DNA of 64,000 bases, taken from positions 377,819 to 441,818 of the forward strand of contig CBDDEL010000012.1 of NCBI GenBank assembly GCA_965226885.1. Direction: 5' to 3'. The notes beneath the pieces are model-generated. The model did no database searches. It saw nothing but the letters and a program-made list of their open reading frames with translations, and was not told where the DNA came from. The translations under genes and the position numbers were made by a program. Positions 50,430 to 62,909 of the stretch are shown piece by piece. Positions within the stretch are counted from its first letter, which is position 1; each line of letters opens with the position of its first letter. The stretch is from Opitutales bacterium. Lineage in GTDB: Bacteria; Verrucomicrobiota; Verrucomicrobiia; Opitutales; UBA2987.

Positions 50430-50963
50430 ATGAAACCGTCAGAAGAAAACCCCTCCATCGATCGCCAACTGGACAAGCTGCTGGCCTCCCGACCGGTGTC
50501 CACCTCACCCGGTTTTGAAGCCGCGGTCATGGCGCGCCTCCGGAATAGGGATGCGGATGCCACGCTCGACGCCCTTTTGCAAAATCAGCCCGTAAAGGCC
50601 TCGCCCGATTTTACCGAGAAAACATTGGCCGTCATCTTCGTCCAAAACCGCCAACCGACCGGCGGCAAACTGTCTGGCTTTCCGCGAATCTTCTGGTGGG
50701 CGGGAGCGGCGGCGGCCATGCTGGTGGCCGGGTTTTTTGCCGCGCAGTCATTCCTCGAACCCTCAAGGATGGATCCGGTTTTGGTGAAGAACACACAACC
50801 GGCGAATCCCTTTGATGTGGAGGAGCGCGCTATATCCGTCCTGGCAGATATGGAAGCTTTATTTGTTCTTGTCGATGGGCTCAGCGATGCCGAATTATTC
50901 CTCGATGACGAGGCTTACGCGACCCTCGATAGTTTGTCCTACGAAGAAGTGGTCCTGTTTTAA
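50430..50963 (+). CDS. Putative anti-sigma factor (single TM)
   Basis: Immediately follows the sigma gene; one TM segment (WWAGAAAAMLVAGFF); internally repeated LDxLL..PV..SP.F motif. Confidence 0.7.
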   Translation: MKPSEENPSIDRQLDKLLASRPVSTSPGFEAAVMARLRNRDADATLDALLQNQPVKASPDFTEKTLAVIFVQNRQPTGGKLSGFPRIFWWAGAAAAMLVAGFFAAQSFLEPSRMDPVLVKNTQPANPFDVEERAISVLADMEALFVLVDGLSDAELFLDDEAYATLDSLSYEEVVLF

Positions 50964-50987
50964 TAAATTTTTCTCACAACCAACCCG

Positions 50988-51707
50988 ATGTTCCTAAAGA
51001 AAATAATTGAGCTATCGTCAACAGATAGTCCGCGGTTGCTTTCCACCACGGCGAGTATTATTTTGATGATGACGGGTTTGCCTTTGGGTTTAGGCGGTCA
51101 GCCGAGCGAAGAATTTCTGGGGCTGCCCCCGACTTTGAACCAAATCGACCCCAATAAAAATCCCGAACGAATTTTTGCCGGGCTTTCGCCGGAAGAACGC
51201 AAGGGTTTGCAGGAAATGATGCTGGTCGAAAAATTCCTCAGCCTTCAGCCCGAACGCCTTGTGGAAGTGCGAAAATCCATCGAGTTGATTCAGAAAATGT
51301 CTCCGGCGGAAAAGGAGCGCATCAGGCAGCAAATAAGGAAATTCAGGGGCATGCCTCGCGGTGAACGGGAAAAAGTGCATGCTAGATGGAGCGCTGTTTC
51401 TACCGAACGCCGAAAAATGATGCGGAACCGTTTCCTCAGTATGTCGGAAGAAGATCGCCGGTCCGAACGGAATAAATTGAAAAACATGACCCATGAGGAG
51501 AGGCTCCGTTATTTTCGGGAAACATTTGGAGTGCACGGGGACAAACCAAAAATGCCTCCCCCACCCCCGCCGCCTCCCCTTTATTCCTTGAGTGTTTCCG
51601 AGCCGCTTTCCACCGTCGGAGATACCGATTCCGATAATGTGGAGTCCGCAAACGGAGTAAAAACAGAAAGCCCGGCAGCGGTTGATGCCGAAAAAGAGGA
51701 CGAATAA
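50988..51707 (+). CDS. Exported helical-repeat protein (DUF3106-like)
   Basis: Hydrophobic leader; repeated (F/W)xx(L/M)(S/P)xE(E)R units; poly-Pro tract. Confidence 0.6.
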   Translation: MFLKKIIELSSTDSPRLLSTTASIILMMTGLPLGLGGQPSEEFLGLPPTLNQIDPNKNPERIFAGLSPEERKGLQEMMLVEKFLSLQPERLVEVRKSIELIQKMSPAEKERIRQQIRKFRGMPRGEREKVHARWSAVSTERRKMMRNRFLSMSEEDRRSERNKLKNMTHEERLRYFRETFGVHGDKPKMPPPPPPPPLYSLSVSEPLSTVGDTDSDNVESANGVKTESPAAVDAEKEDE

Positions 51708-51779
51708 ATAAAGCGGGCCTGGATTTTCCGGCATTTATTATTTATCTTAAACTCGAAAGATCGGGAAGGCAGACTTATA

Positions 51780-52781
51780 TTAGAGGGTTACTTCAAGTTT
51801 GCTGAGGGCTTCATTCAATGCCGGATCCATTGGGTGGCCGTTGTATAGCACCTTACCCTGGGGAGAAACCAGGATCATGCGGGGAATGGAATCAATCTTC
51901 AAAAGCTGTTGAAAAGGAGCCCCCTGTGGCTCCACCAGCCAGGCGAAGCGGATGTCCCGGGCTTTTCGCACGGTATCGGCCCGTTCTTCCGTTTCCGTAT
52001 TCATTCCGGCAACCACTATTCCCTGCGGCTCCAGTTTTTCCGCTTTGTGAATCAATTCCGGCATGAGAGCAATGCAGGGAGCACACCAGGTCGCCCAAAA
52101 ATCGATGAGTATGCCCTTCTTGTCCGTCACCAGCTCATTCAAGGTGGTTTTTTCGCCCTGGGAGGTGGTTAAAACCGTATCCATGGGAATGACCAGGTTG
52201 GTCATTCTCTCCTCTTGGCGTTTTTCACCGATCCAAATAGTGAGAATCTCCGCCAATTCCGGGTAATTCCAAAAACTCTCCTTGGCATTGCTGGCAAAAC
52301 TCTCCGACGGTCCCGAAATCTTGGCTTCGTAAGTGCGAAACAAGTGGTAATAGCCCATTAGTTCCCGCTTTTCGGTAAAAATTTCGCTCTCCTTATAATC
52401 CCAGTTTTCCAGGTTCTTTTCCATTTGCGGGAGCAGTGCCATGAGGTCCTCGAATTGTCCCTGGGTCCAGTAGCGCGAGATCTTGGCTTCAATGCGGTTT
52501 TGTTCCGGCAATCCCGCCTTGGCGGCCCGGGCCAAAGCCTCCTGGAACTCATCTTCACTGGTAAACTTTCCGCCAAACAAACCAGCCCTGAGCTCGTCCA
52601 GTTCCATTTCCAGCACCCCGGAATCGGAGATCGAATCTTGCCCGGCATTTTCCGGTTCGGCTCCAAGCCTTTCCGAAATCATAAATTGACTGAAGGCCAG
52701 CATCCCGAAACTGAAAAGACAGGAGGGAAGAGATTTTATTAAAAAATGGTTTTTATAGATGATCATGGAGGCTGTTTTCAT
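51780..52781 (-). CDS. TlpA-like thiol:disulfide oxidoreductase
   Basis: IDFWATWCAPC and SIPRMILV motifs; N-terminal leader. Confidence 0.88.
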   Translation of the reverse strand: MKTASMIIYKNHFLIKSLPSCLFSFGMLAFSQFMISERLGAEPENAGQDSISDSGVLEMELDELRAGLFGGKFTSEDEFQEALARAAKAGLPEQNRIEAKISRYWTQGQFEDLMALLPQMEKNLENWDYKESEIFTEKRELMGYYHLFRTYEAKISGPSESFASNAKESFWNYPELAEILTIWIGEKRQEERMTNLVIPMDTVLTTSQGEKTTLNELVTDKKGILIDFWATWCAPCIALMPELIHKAEKLEPQGIVVAGMNTETEERADTVRKARDIRFAWLVEPQGAPFQQLLKIDSIPRMILVSPQGKVLYNGHPMDPALNEALSKLEVTL

Positions 52782-52968
52782 CCTTTGTTGGATTGAATTA
52801 AGTAAACGGAAAGCGAATGATAGGAGCGCTTAAACCGGCCTTTATTGCAAATAATCTAAGGCGTGGGATTCTCTCCCCGCAACAAAATCTTTTCTAGTTC
52901 CCCAACTTAGTAACCCTAACTTCCCCTTAACCATTGACCCTGATTTTCTCACCTTCAACATAGAAGAA

Positions 52969-53769
52969 ATGGATTCCAGACCTAGAGGACAAATATTTTT
53001 CCGATTTATTTCCTTGATCGTATTGGCTTCCGTATCGATCCCTTTGCCCAGTCTTAGGGGACAGGATGAACTGGTGGTGGAAGCCGAAACGGTGGTCGCG
53101 GTGGAATCGACTGAACTGACCCAGAAGGAGCTTTTTGAAGCTTATGGTTGGTTTATCGGGCAAGAAAAGGCGCTTTATATTGGCTATCCGGATGACGAAC
53201 TAACACTTATTATCAATGGCCTAATAATGGGGGCGCGGGGAGCTCCGGGCCCGGACAATATCAAAGAAGCCGTTGTCCAGGTTGAAAGTATGATCCGGCA
53301 GCGATTGGCAGCCTTTCAGGAAATGCAGGAAAAAATAAGCTCCAGCCAGGAGCCTGAAAAAATGGTCTCCGAAGAAACATTTTTTGCCGAACTGGATAGA
53401 AACCCGAGCATCCAAAAAACCGCCTCGGACCTATATTATGAAATGATTGATGAAGGTATCGGCAGAAAACCCGAGGGGAATGACTTGATACGCCTGAACT
53501 ACACCGGGATGCTTGTCAACGGCCAGGTTTTCGATTCTACCGTGGAGAGGGGCCAGCCGGCAGATTTAAATCTCAATCAGTTGATACCGGGCTTTGCCGA
53601 AGGTTTGCAAATGGTCAGGGAAATGGGAAAAATTAATCTGTATATCCCAGCCCGGCTGGGCTATCGGGATAGGCCGTCCGGCAAGATCCCGCCGAATTCC
53701 ACCCTCATATTCGAGGTCGAGCTTCTGGAGGTAATTCCGGGCGATTTGCAGTTGGAAACGGAATTTTAA
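52969..53769 (+). CDS. FKBP-type peptidyl-prolyl isomerase (FkpA/Mip-like)
   Basis: YTGMLVNGQVFDS, LIPGFAEGL and IPPNSTLIFEVELL motifs. Confidence 0.93.
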   Translation: MDSRPRGQIFFRFISLIVLASVSIPLPSLRGQDELVVEAETVVAVESTELTQKELFEAYGWFIGQEKALYIGYPDDELTLIINGLIMGARGAPGPDNIKEAVVQVESMIRQRLAAFQEMQEKISSSQEPEKMVSEETFFAELDRNPSIQKTASDLYYEMIDEGIGRKPEGNDLIRLNYTGMLVNGQVFDSTVERGQPADLNLNQLIPGFAEGLQMVREMGKINLYIPARLGYRDRPSGKIPPNSTLIFEVELLEVIPGDLQLETEF

Positions 53770-53855
53770 TTTCCATGCAGACATCATTGCAAATTTAAGG
53801 TCATGGCCCGCAGCGGATTCTTGTCTTTTGCGCTCCTTTTAGTTTTCTAAGAACG

Positions 53856-55412
53856 ATGGCAGGCGGCAAAAAAGGAATCGTGGCGGCGGGAAGCATTCAT
53901 ACCGCCCGTGCCGCCCTGACCGCCCTCGAAGCCGGAGGCAATGCCTTCGATGCGGCCGTCTCGGCCTTTTTTGCGGCTTGTGTGGCGGAACCCGTCCTGG
54001 CCTCTCCCGGCGGGGGCGGTTTTTTGCTCGCCTGGCGCGGCGGAGACCCTGTCCTCTACGATTTCTTCACCCAAACGCCTCGGCAAAAGACTGAGGGTCA
54101 ACTGGATTTTTTTCCGGTTCATGCCGATTTCGGTCCCACCACTCAGGAATTTCATCTCGGGCTAGGGTCCTGCGCCACACCCGGCGCCATAAAAGGCATG
54201 GGAATGGTGCGGCGCGATTGCTGCCGGTTTTCTCTCCGGCAATTGATCGAACCGGCTCTTACCCTGGCCCGTGAAGGGTTCGTGGTGGAAGATTTTTTGC
54301 CCGTCCTGCTTGATGTTGTCAGCCGTATCTACCTGGCTTCGCCGGAGGCTGCAAGGGTCTTTGCCAGCAAGACTCATCCCGGTAAAATTCTGCAAAATGG
54401 AGAGCGTTTTACCCAACCCGAAATGGCCGTTTTTCTGGAGGCGCTGGCCGACGAGGGGGAGGATTTTTTTTACCGGGGAGAGGCGGCTCGAAAAATCGTC
54501 CAATCCTGCCGCGAACGGGGGGGGCACCTGAGGATGGAGGATTTCGAGCATTATCAAGCCCACAAACGCCGCCCACTGCAAGTGGCCTATAGGGATTCAA
54601 CGATTTGGACCAATCCGCCCCCGGCCCTCGGCGGGACATTGATAGGCCTAGCCCTGAAGTTGATAGCGGGCGGTTCATTGCCCCGGCACGAGTTTGGCTC
54701 CCTCGGCCATCTGGAAATTCTGGCCCGCACCATGCAATTGACGGGGCGACTGAAGAGGGAGCGTACCGGGCAGTTTCCTGGAGACCTCGATAGGGCGGAG
54801 TCATTACTGGATAAAGACCTCCTGGCCTCTTACAAAACAATTTTGGCGCAGCACCCCGTTTGTCCATCCGGCACCACCCATGTCGGCGTCATCGATGCCG
54901 ATGGCAATGTGGCCGCTCTCAATCTTTCCAATGGCTCCGGTTCCGGTATTATGGCCCCGGACTGCGGTTTTATGCTCAACAATATGCTGGGAGAGGAGGA
55001 CCTCAACCCGGCCGGTTTTCACCAATGGAAGCCCAATACGCGAATCGCCTCCATGATGTCCCCCACCCTGATCTTCAACCGGGAGGGCGTCCTGGCTACC
55101 GGCTCGGGCGGCTCCAACCGCATCCGCTCGGCCATCTTGCAGGTGATCCTGAACCATATCGATTTTGCCATGCCGGTGGATGAGGCCGTGCAAAGTCCAC
55201 GCATTCATTTTGAAAACGGGTTGTTGCATCTGGAGGGGAAATTTTCAGCGGAGGTCGTGCGACAAATGGAGGAGCGGTTTTCCAAGGTCAAAGTATGGCC
55301 CGACAACAATTTGTTTTTCGGAGGAGCCCACACGGTATTCAACCGGGCTAATGGAGAACTTGTGGGAGCGGGAGATATTCGGCGTTGGGGAGTATGCCTG
55401 AGTCTGGATTGA
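53856..55412 (+). CDS. ggt: Gamma-glutamyltransferase family protein
   Basis: GGNAFDAAV, GGGGF, autocatalytic GTTH, SMMSPT and GSGGSNRI motifs. Confidence 0.88.
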   Translation: MAGGKKGIVAAGSIHTARAALTALEAGGNAFDAAVSAFFAACVAEPVLASPGGGGFLLAWRGGDPVLYDFFTQTPRQKTEGQLDFFPVHADFGPTTQEFHLGLGSCATPGAIKGMGMVRRDCCRFSLRQLIEPALTLAREGFVVEDFLPVLLDVVSRIYLASPEAARVFASKTHPGKILQNGERFTQPEMAVFLEALADEGEDFFYRGEAARKIVQSCRERGGHLRMEDFEHYQAHKRRPLQVAYRDSTIWTNPPPALGGTLIGLALKLIAGGSLPRHEFGSLGHLEILARTMQLTGRLKRERTGQFPGDLDRAESLLDKDLLASYKTILAQHPVCPSGTTHVGVIDADGNVAALNLSNGSGSGIMAPDCGFMLNNMLGEEDLNPAGFHQWKPNTRIASMMSPTLIFNREGVLATGSGGSNRIRSAILQVILNHIDFAMPVDEAVQSPRIHFENGLLHLEGKFSAEVVRQMEERFSKVKVWPDNNLFFGGAHTVFNRANGELVGAGDIRRWGVCLSLD

Positions 55413-55416
55413 TGCC

Positions 55417-56556
55417 ATGCCGGAAATAAATGTATCAGCGGACCAATTGGCCTGGTTCCGGTTGAAAAGGTCGGGCTTGGTTGAGCCTTTCAAAAGGCCG
55501 GAGGAAGCCGCCTGCGCCCTCGGTGGCGTACAGGCCCAAATCCTTTCCGCGGCCGGGATCGCGTTGACCAACCGCCTCAACGGGTTTTCCAAAACCAGAT
55601 TGGAGGAACTTCTATGGCAGGAGCGCACATTGGTAAAACTTTGGGCCCAGCGGTTTACGCTGCATCTTTACCCCTCCGCCGAATGGCCGACCATTCATTC
55701 CGCCTATGTACGCAACCGAACCTGGTGGCGGCGCAGTTTCTGTAAAAACGGGGGCGATGAAAAGGATTTTAATAAACGGGTGAAAATGTCCGCCGCCCTC
55801 CTCCGAAAGAAGGGCCTGGATGGCATGAGCCGCACCAACCTCCGCCAGCTTCCCTTCGATAACAGCCCGGAAATGCTCTCGTCCTGGGGAGGACTGTTTG
55901 CCGAGCTGGTGCAGCAGGGTCTGGCCTGTCACAGCAGACAAAATGGCGGCCTAAGTTACTTCGTTCACCGGGAGCATTGGCTTCCACAACTGGACTGGAA
56001 GCTCCCGCCGCAGGAGCAGGCCGACCAACAACTGGCCAGGCAATACCTTCACACTTACGGGCCAGCGCCAGCCAGCGATCTTGCCTATTGGCGGGGACTC
56101 GCCGTTAGCGTTGTTCAATCCTCGCTGGACGCTCTTGAGAAGGAAATCGCACCATGCAAAATAGAGGGCCAGGGCCGGACTCACTACTGCCTGGGCAAAG
56201 ACCTGGACGAGCTACTAGCAGACCCTCCTCCCAGAAACCGCTGGCCATTGATCATGCTGGGCCGCTTCGATCCCATCCTGCTGGGACACAAAGACAAAAC
56301 CTGGATTTGCCCCAAACCTTTTTACAAGCGCGTCTGGCGGCCGGCCGGTCATATCGAGGCGACCGTCATTCACCTCGGAAAAACCATTGCTACCTGGCGC
56401 TATAAATTGAATGGCTCTGGCCTCGAATTCAAAGTTTATCCCTTCAAGAAGCTCCCTCAAACGATTTTTCCCAAAATAATAAACAGAGCCAAAAATATAG
56501 CCCGGCATTTCGGAGTCAGGGCAAACAGATTAGAAATTATATTCGAAAATGTTTAG
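55417..56556 (+). CDS. AlkZ/YcaQ-family (HTH_42) DNA glycosylase
   Basis: GVQAQ catalytic motif, WAQRFTLHL, YLHTYGPA, DLAYW and FDPILLGH motifs. Confidence 0.82.
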   Translation: MPEINVSADQLAWFRLKRSGLVEPFKRPEEAACALGGVQAQILSAAGIALTNRLNGFSKTRLEELLWQERTLVKLWAQRFTLHLYPSAEWPTIHSAYVRNRTWWRRSFCKNGGDEKDFNKRVKMSAALLRKKGLDGMSRTNLRQLPFDNSPEMLSSWGGLFAELVQQGLACHSRQNGGLSYFVHREHWLPQLDWKLPPQEQADQQLARQYLHTYGPAPASDLAYWRGLAVSVVQSSLDALEKEIAPCKIEGQGRTHYCLGKDLDELLADPPPRNRWPLIMLGRFDPILLGHKDKTWICPKPFYKRVWRPAGHIEATVIHLGKTIATWRYKLNGSGLEFKVYPFKKLPQTIFPKIINRAKNIARHFGVRANRLEIIFENV

Positions 56557-56580
56557 AATCGTGCCAGAAAGTATTTTGCC

Positions 56581-57018
56581 ATGATAAGGAAACTCGATCA
56601 TATCAATATCGTGGTCAGCGAGTTGGAGGACGCTATGCAGTTCTTTTCGCTGCTTGGTTTTGCATCGACCGCCCCGGCGGATTTGTCAGGTGAGTGGATT
56701 GACTCGATTGTCGGGTTGAACCGGGTCCGCGCGCGCTATGTGGTGCTTTCCCATGAGGGCTCGAAAACCAACATCGAACTGATTGAGTACCTGCAACCTC
56801 CATCCGGAAAAGATCCTGCTCAGGGGGTCGCCAATCAGATCGGATTCCGCCATATCGCGTTCGAAGTCAAGGACATCGAATCCGAATATGCACGCCTCGA
56901 ATCCAGCGGCGTAAAATTTTTGAGCGAAATAAAAATTTATCCGAAAACCGGCAAGAAACTGGCTTATTTTTACGGACCGGAGGGCATTTTGATGGAACTG
57001 ACGGAAAATCCCGAATAA
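56581..57018 (+). CDS. VOC/glyoxalase family protein
   Basis: LDHINIVV, IELIEY, RHIAFEV and GPEGILMEL motifs. Confidence 0.9.
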   Translation: MIRKLDHINIVVSELEDAMQFFSLLGFASTAPADLSGEWIDSIVGLNRVRARYVVLSHEGSKTNIELIEYLQPPSGKDPAQGVANQIGFRHIAFEVKDIESEYARLESSGVKFLSEIKIYPKTGKKLAYFYGPEGILMELTENPE

Positions 57019-57034
57019 CGAGCTACGGAATCCT

Positions 57035-57928
57035 TTATTCCATCAGCCGGGCGGGGGTGGCCCGGATTACGATGATGGCTCCAGCTACCGTCAACAAGCT
57101 GGCGATGTAAAATTCGGCCGTGGGAATTTCGCTCAGAATAAGCGCCCCCAGGATGCCGGCAAATATGAATTGGCCCAAATTGAAAATCGCCACCACCTGG
57201 CCCCTCAGGAATCTGAGCGCATAGTTGATAATTCCATGGCCGAATACGGTGGGAATCAGACCCAGGCAAAGAATATAGACAATTTCTGTCCAGAGATCGG
57301 CGCCAGCGGGATAGGGCTCCACCAGGCCGACCGCGATACCGGCTGCAGCAAAGACCAGGCATATGAAACCGCCAAGCAGAAAAACTGGCACTATATATAG
57401 GTAAAGTGAGGCAAAATTTCGGTTCACCCGTCCCAGGGCCATGTAAAGGGCCAGCAGAACCATCGACCCTAGACTGAGAGCGTCGCCCAAAGCGTATGCG
57501 GGATTAAACTGGTAGTCGGCAAGGCCAAGCAAAACAACTCCAAACATGGAAAGCAGCGTGCCCAGGATTTCCCTTCGGTTTATCATTTCGCGCAACAGGA
57601 ACCACATCAGAAAAGGCATTGCGATGGGCACCATCATGACGATGAGGGTGGAATTGGCGGCAGGTGTAAACCGCGCCCCTATCATCCAGGTCATAAAATG
57701 AACGGCCAAGAATAAGGCAGGCCAGAATATTCGCCTCAAGTCTTTACACTCAAATGCGCCGGGATGCCTGGCCCTGGCCCGGAAAAACCACGGCAGCAGA
57801 ACTATTCCCGCCACCAGCAGCCGGTAGGCGGAGAGCAGAACTGGTTCAGTCTGGCTTAATTTTAATAATATAACGGAGGTGGAACCGGCAAAAACCCCGA
57901 TTAAGACTATGACGTATGGCAAATACAT
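57035..57928 (-). CDS. DMT/EamA family transporter
   Basis: About 10 TM segments; two EamA-like repeats (AYRLLVA, LAVHF, PTVFGH). Confidence 0.88.
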   Translation of the reverse strand: MYLPYVIVLIGVFAGSTSVILLKLSQTEPVLLSAYRLLVAGIVLLPWFFRARARHPGAFECKDLRRIFWPALFLAVHFMTWMIGARFTPAANSTLIVMMVPIAMPFLMWFLLREMINRREILGTLLSMFGVVLLGLADYQFNPAYALGDALSLGSMVLLALYMALGRVNRNFASLYLYIVPVFLLGGFICLVFAAAGIAVGLVEPYPAGADLWTEIVYILCLGLIPTVFGHGIINYALRFLRGQVVAIFNLGQFIFAGILGALILSEIPTAEFYIASLLTVAGAIIVIRATPARLME

Positions 57929-58006
57929 GAGGATTTCGCCAAAAACATTCACCGGCCCCGCCCGGCGAAATGAAAAGGCAAGCCATGGACTCCCGGCACG
58001 ACAGGG

Positions 58007-58423
58007 CTAATACCACCGCTTTTTCTTGGCCAGTTTCTGGGCCAGGGAGAAGCGCACGATGGTTTCCAGTTTTTCCACTTCGGCCGGATCAAGTTTTTTC
58101 GCCCGTGCTTCGGCCAGAGCTGTTTCCGCCCTTTCCTGGGCCTCTTCCACCGCCGTCAGGTCAATTTCCGCTATATCGATGGCGCCCTCGGCCAGAACGG
58201 AGACTTTGTCCCCCAATACCTGGGCAAACCCCTTGTCTACCGCCAGCATGGTTTTCTCACCATCTTTAGTAACGACTAATTCACCGGGTTTGAGCATGGT
58301 CAGGATGGGCACGTGGCCAGGCAGGATGCCCGCCTCTCCCACCACCGTGGGAAGCACCACGGCGTCCACCGTATCGCTGTAAACTTTCTCTTCGGGCGTT
58401 ACGATTTCAAGAATTAAAGGCAT
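58007..58423 (-). CDS. atpC: ATP synthase epsilon subunit
   Basis: LEIVTPE and GILPGHVP motifs; operon position. Confidence 0.96.
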   Translation of the reverse strand: MPLILEIVTPEEKVYSDTVDAVVLPTVVGEAGILPGHVPILTMLKPGELVVTKDGEKTMLAVDKGFAQVLGDKVSVLAEGAIDIAEIDLTAVEEAQERAETALAEARAKKLDPAEVEKLETIVRFSLAQKLAKKKRWY

Positions 58424-58463
58424 TTCAGTTTATTATCCCGGTAAAGTTCTTTTTTCAACTTGA

Positions 58464-59942
<1,479 letters not shown>

Positions 59943-60809
59943 TCAATTGGCGGCGGCGGAAAGTTCCAGAATTTCCTGCGTGATGGCGGCTTGTCGAACT
60001 TTGTTGTATTCGAGGGTAAGGTCCTCCACCAGGCCTTGGGCGTTATCGGTCGCCGTTTTCATGGCCACCATGCGGGAGCTGTGTTCGGAGGCTTTCGCCT
60101 CGAGCACCACGTGATAAATTTCCTGCTTGAGATAGAGGTTCAACAGTTCGTTCAGGATGGCTGCCGCGTTTGGCTCAAACTGTATCTCGCGGGTGTCTTC
60201 CGTGTCGCCTGCTTTTCCCGTATCCTGTTCCTGCTTTTGGAGGATCGATTTTAAATCGTGAAACGGCAGCAGGGGAAGGAGGACGGGCTTCTGCACCATC
60301 GTGTTGATGAATTGGGTATAGAGCACTTCCAGGGTGTCTATTTTCTCCTCCTGGTAGCTCTGGATGAGGAACTCGACGGCGGTGCGGACTTCGGCAAAGG
60401 GAACCTTGTCGGTGATGGTAAAATCGGCCAGCTGGTCCCTACCCGTTCGACTTACGAACTGGGCCGCTTTCCGGCCAATGGTAACATAGACGGCTTTTCC
60501 TTCGATTTCCGCAATCATCCTGAACAAATTGGCATTGAGGGCGCCGCAGAGCCCTTTGTCCGTGCTTACAACAAGTATTCCGCGCTTGCGCACAGGCCGG
60601 ATCTCGAGGAAGGGGTGGTTGAAATCAATGAGGCGGTTGCCTATCGAACTGAGCATCTCGGCCATCAGTTTGGCATAGGGGCGGCCAGCCAAGGCGTAAT
60701 CCTGCGCCTTTTTCATTTTCGAGGCCGCCACCAACTGCATGGCACGCGTTATCTGAGCGGTATTTTTAACGCTCTTGATGCGGCGACGGATATCGCTGGT
60801 ATTGGCCAT
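59943..60809 (-). CDS. atpG: ATP synthase gamma subunit
   Basis: ITRAMQLVAASK, DKGLCG and RQAAITQEI motifs. Confidence 0.98.
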   Translation of the reverse strand: MANTSDIRRRIKSVKNTAQITRAMQLVAASKMKKAQDYALAGRPYAKLMAEMLSSIGNRLIDFNHPFLEIRPVRKRGILVVSTDKGLCGALNANLFRMIAEIEGKAVYVTIGRKAAQFVSRTGRDQLADFTITDKVPFAEVRTAVEFLIQSYQEEKIDTLEVLYTQFINTMVQKPVLLPLLPFHDLKSILQKQEQDTGKAGDTEDTREIQFEPNAAAILNELLNLYLKQEIYHVVLEAKASEHSSRMVAMKTATDNAQGLVEDLTLEYNKVRQAAITQEILELSAAAN

Positions 60810-60855
60810 GGCAATTTAAGTCAGTTCAAATAATAAGACGAGACGGCGGGCTCAT

Positions 60856-62391
60856 TTATGCGGCGAAGGTCCGTTTCCAATCTTCCACCGCCAGCTTCAG
60901 CTCGTCCTCGATTTCATCTGTAATCTGCTTTTCTTTCAGGATTCGTGCCATCAGGTCTTCTTTGCGGGTGGCATAAAAATTTTGCAGACTGGCGCTGGCT
61001 TCGACAATCTTGCCGACCTCGATGTCGTCGAAATAGGCGTTTTGAGCCGCCCACAAGATACCCACTTGAATCTCGATGGGCTTGGGGCTGAAGGCCGGCT
61101 GCTTGAATACTTCGACAATGCGGGCGCCGCGTTCGAGCTGGGCCTTGGTGCGGGCGTCCAGGTCGGAACCGAATTGGGCAAACGCGGCCAGCTCGCGATA
61201 CTGGGCCAGTTCCAGTTTAACCGTGCCGGCAACCTGCTTGCAGGCCTTGATCTGGGCGGCCGAACCAACCCGGGAAACCGACAAACCCACGGAGACGGCC
61301 GGACGGATGCCCTGATTGAAAAGGTCCGTTTCCAGAAAAATTTGCCCATCGGTGATGGAAATTACATTGGTCGGGATGTAGGCGGAAACGTCGCCGGCTT
61401 GCGTTTCGATGATGGGCAATGCGGTCAGGGAACCGTTTCCATTTTCTGCATTCAAGCGGGCGGAGCGTTCCAGCAGGCGGCTGTGCAGGAAAAATACGTC
61501 CCCTGGATAGGCTTCACGGCCGGACGGCCTTTTCAGGACAAGGGAAATCTGCCGGTAGGCCACCGCCTGTTTAGAGAGGTCGTCATAAGCGATCAGCGCG
61601 TCCATCCCATTTTCCATGAAATACTCGCCCATGGCCGCCCCTGAAAACGGGGCCAGGTATTGATTGGCCGGATTGTCCGCAGCGGGGGCCGATACGATGA
61701 TGGTGTTGTCAAGGGCGTCATGTTCTTCGAGAACCTTGATGGTACGGGCAATATTGGAATTTTTCTGCCCCACTGCCACATAAATACAATATACGGGGCG
61801 AAAATCGGGATCGCCCTTCTCGATACCTTTCTTGTTAATCGCCGCCTGGTTGATGATGGTATCGATGACGATGGTGGTCTTCCCCGTCTGGCGGTCGCCG
61901 ATGATGAGTTCGCGCTGGCCACGGCCGATCGGGATCATCGAATCGATCGGCATTATGCCGGTCTGGACAGGTTGGCTGACACTCTGGCGCGGGATGATGC
62001 CGGGGGCTATTTTTTCAACCGGGGACATTTGGGCCGTCTCAATGGGGCCTTTACCGTCCAACGGCCGGCCGATGGCGTCCACTACCCGCCCGAGGAGTTC
62101 CTTGCCCACCGGAACGGAGAGCAGGCGGCCGGTTGTCTTGGCCTCATCGCCCTCTTTCAATTTGCTGGGGTCGCCCAGAATGACCACCCCGACCTCATCT
62201 TCTTCCAAGTTCAGTGCAATGCCGAAGACTTCGCCGGGAAACTCGATCATCTCGTTGTACATGGCCTCCGAGAGGCCGTCCAGTTTGGCCACTCCGTCCG
62301 CCAACTGGATGATCTTGCCGGTGTTTTTCCTGACCGTCTTCGCTTCGAATTTTGCGATTTCTTCCTGAATCTGATCGATGATTGTGCTCAT
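60856..62391 (-). CDS. atpA: ATP synthase alpha subunit
   Basis: [17 protein letters not shown] and [10 protein letters not shown] motifs. Confidence 0.99.
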   Translation of the reverse strand: MSTIIDQIQEEIAKFEAKTVRKNTGKIIQLADGVAKLDGLSEAMYNEMIEFPGEVFGIALNLEEDEVGVVILGDPSKLKEGDEAKTTGRLLSVPVGKELLGRVVDAIGRPLDGKGPIETAQMSPVEKIAPGIIPRQSVSQPVQTGIMPIDSMIPIGRGQRELIIGDRQTGKTTIVIDTIINQAAINKKGIEKGDPDFRPVYCIYVAVGQKNSNIARTIKVLEEHDALDNTIIVSAPAADNPANQYLAPFSGAAMGEYFMENGMDALIAYDDLSKQAVAYRQISLVLKRPSGREAYPGDVFFLHSRLLERSARLNAENGNGSLTALPIIETQAGDVSAYIPTNVISITDGQIFLETDLFNQGIRPAVSVGLSVSRVGSAAQIKACKQVAGTVKLELAQYRELAAFAQFGSDLDARTKAQLERGARIVEVFKQPAFSPKPIEIQVGILWAAQNAYFDDIEVGKIVEASASLQNFYATRKEDLMARILKEKQITDEIEDELKLAVEDWKRTFAA

Positions 62392-62475
62392 AGCGGTTGA
62401 TAAAAATGGAAATTATGGATGGGTTGGCAGGTTAATCTAATTTTATATTATATTGAACTCGTTTTATTGTTTTAT

Positions 62476-62874
62476 TTAATGAACGGCGCTGGCCAGGGTC
62501 TCCAGCTGCCCGGCCAGTGAAATGTCGTAAACATCGTCGGCAATGCTGACGCGGATGCCGGCAATAAGGTCGGGATTTTCCCGGGTCGTCACCTGGATGG
62601 TCCTGCTGTAACGGGCCGTAAGCCGACTTTCCAAATTGCGAAGGGTCTCCTCGCCCAATTCGCCGCAATGCTCGACAACGGCCTGGGATTTTCGGATTTC
62701 TTGTTTAATGATGCGCAGGTATTGCTTGAGTATGGGTTTGAAGCGACGTGGCGGGTTCTCCGCCAAGACAGCCAGAATGGCCTCTACTTTTTCCTCGGAT
62801 ACCGTGCCGTCGTCCAGGCTCAATTGAACCAGTTTTCTGGCGAAGTCTTTGTTTGATTTTTCGGCCTTGGCCAT
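62476..62874 (-). CDS. atpH: ATP synthase delta subunit (short form)
   Basis: PDLIAGIRV..D.VYD.S motif; lies between atpF and atpA. Confidence 0.9.
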   Translation of the reverse strand: MAKAEKSNKDFARKLVQLSLDDGTVSEEKVEAILAVLAENPPRRFKPILKQYLRIIKQEIRKSQAVVEHCGELGEETLRNLESRLTARYSRTIQVTTRENPDLIAGIRVSIADDVYDISLAGQLETLASAVH

Positions 62875-62909
62875 AACAAAAATTTAGATTCCTTGTCCCT
62901 GACTCTCGG

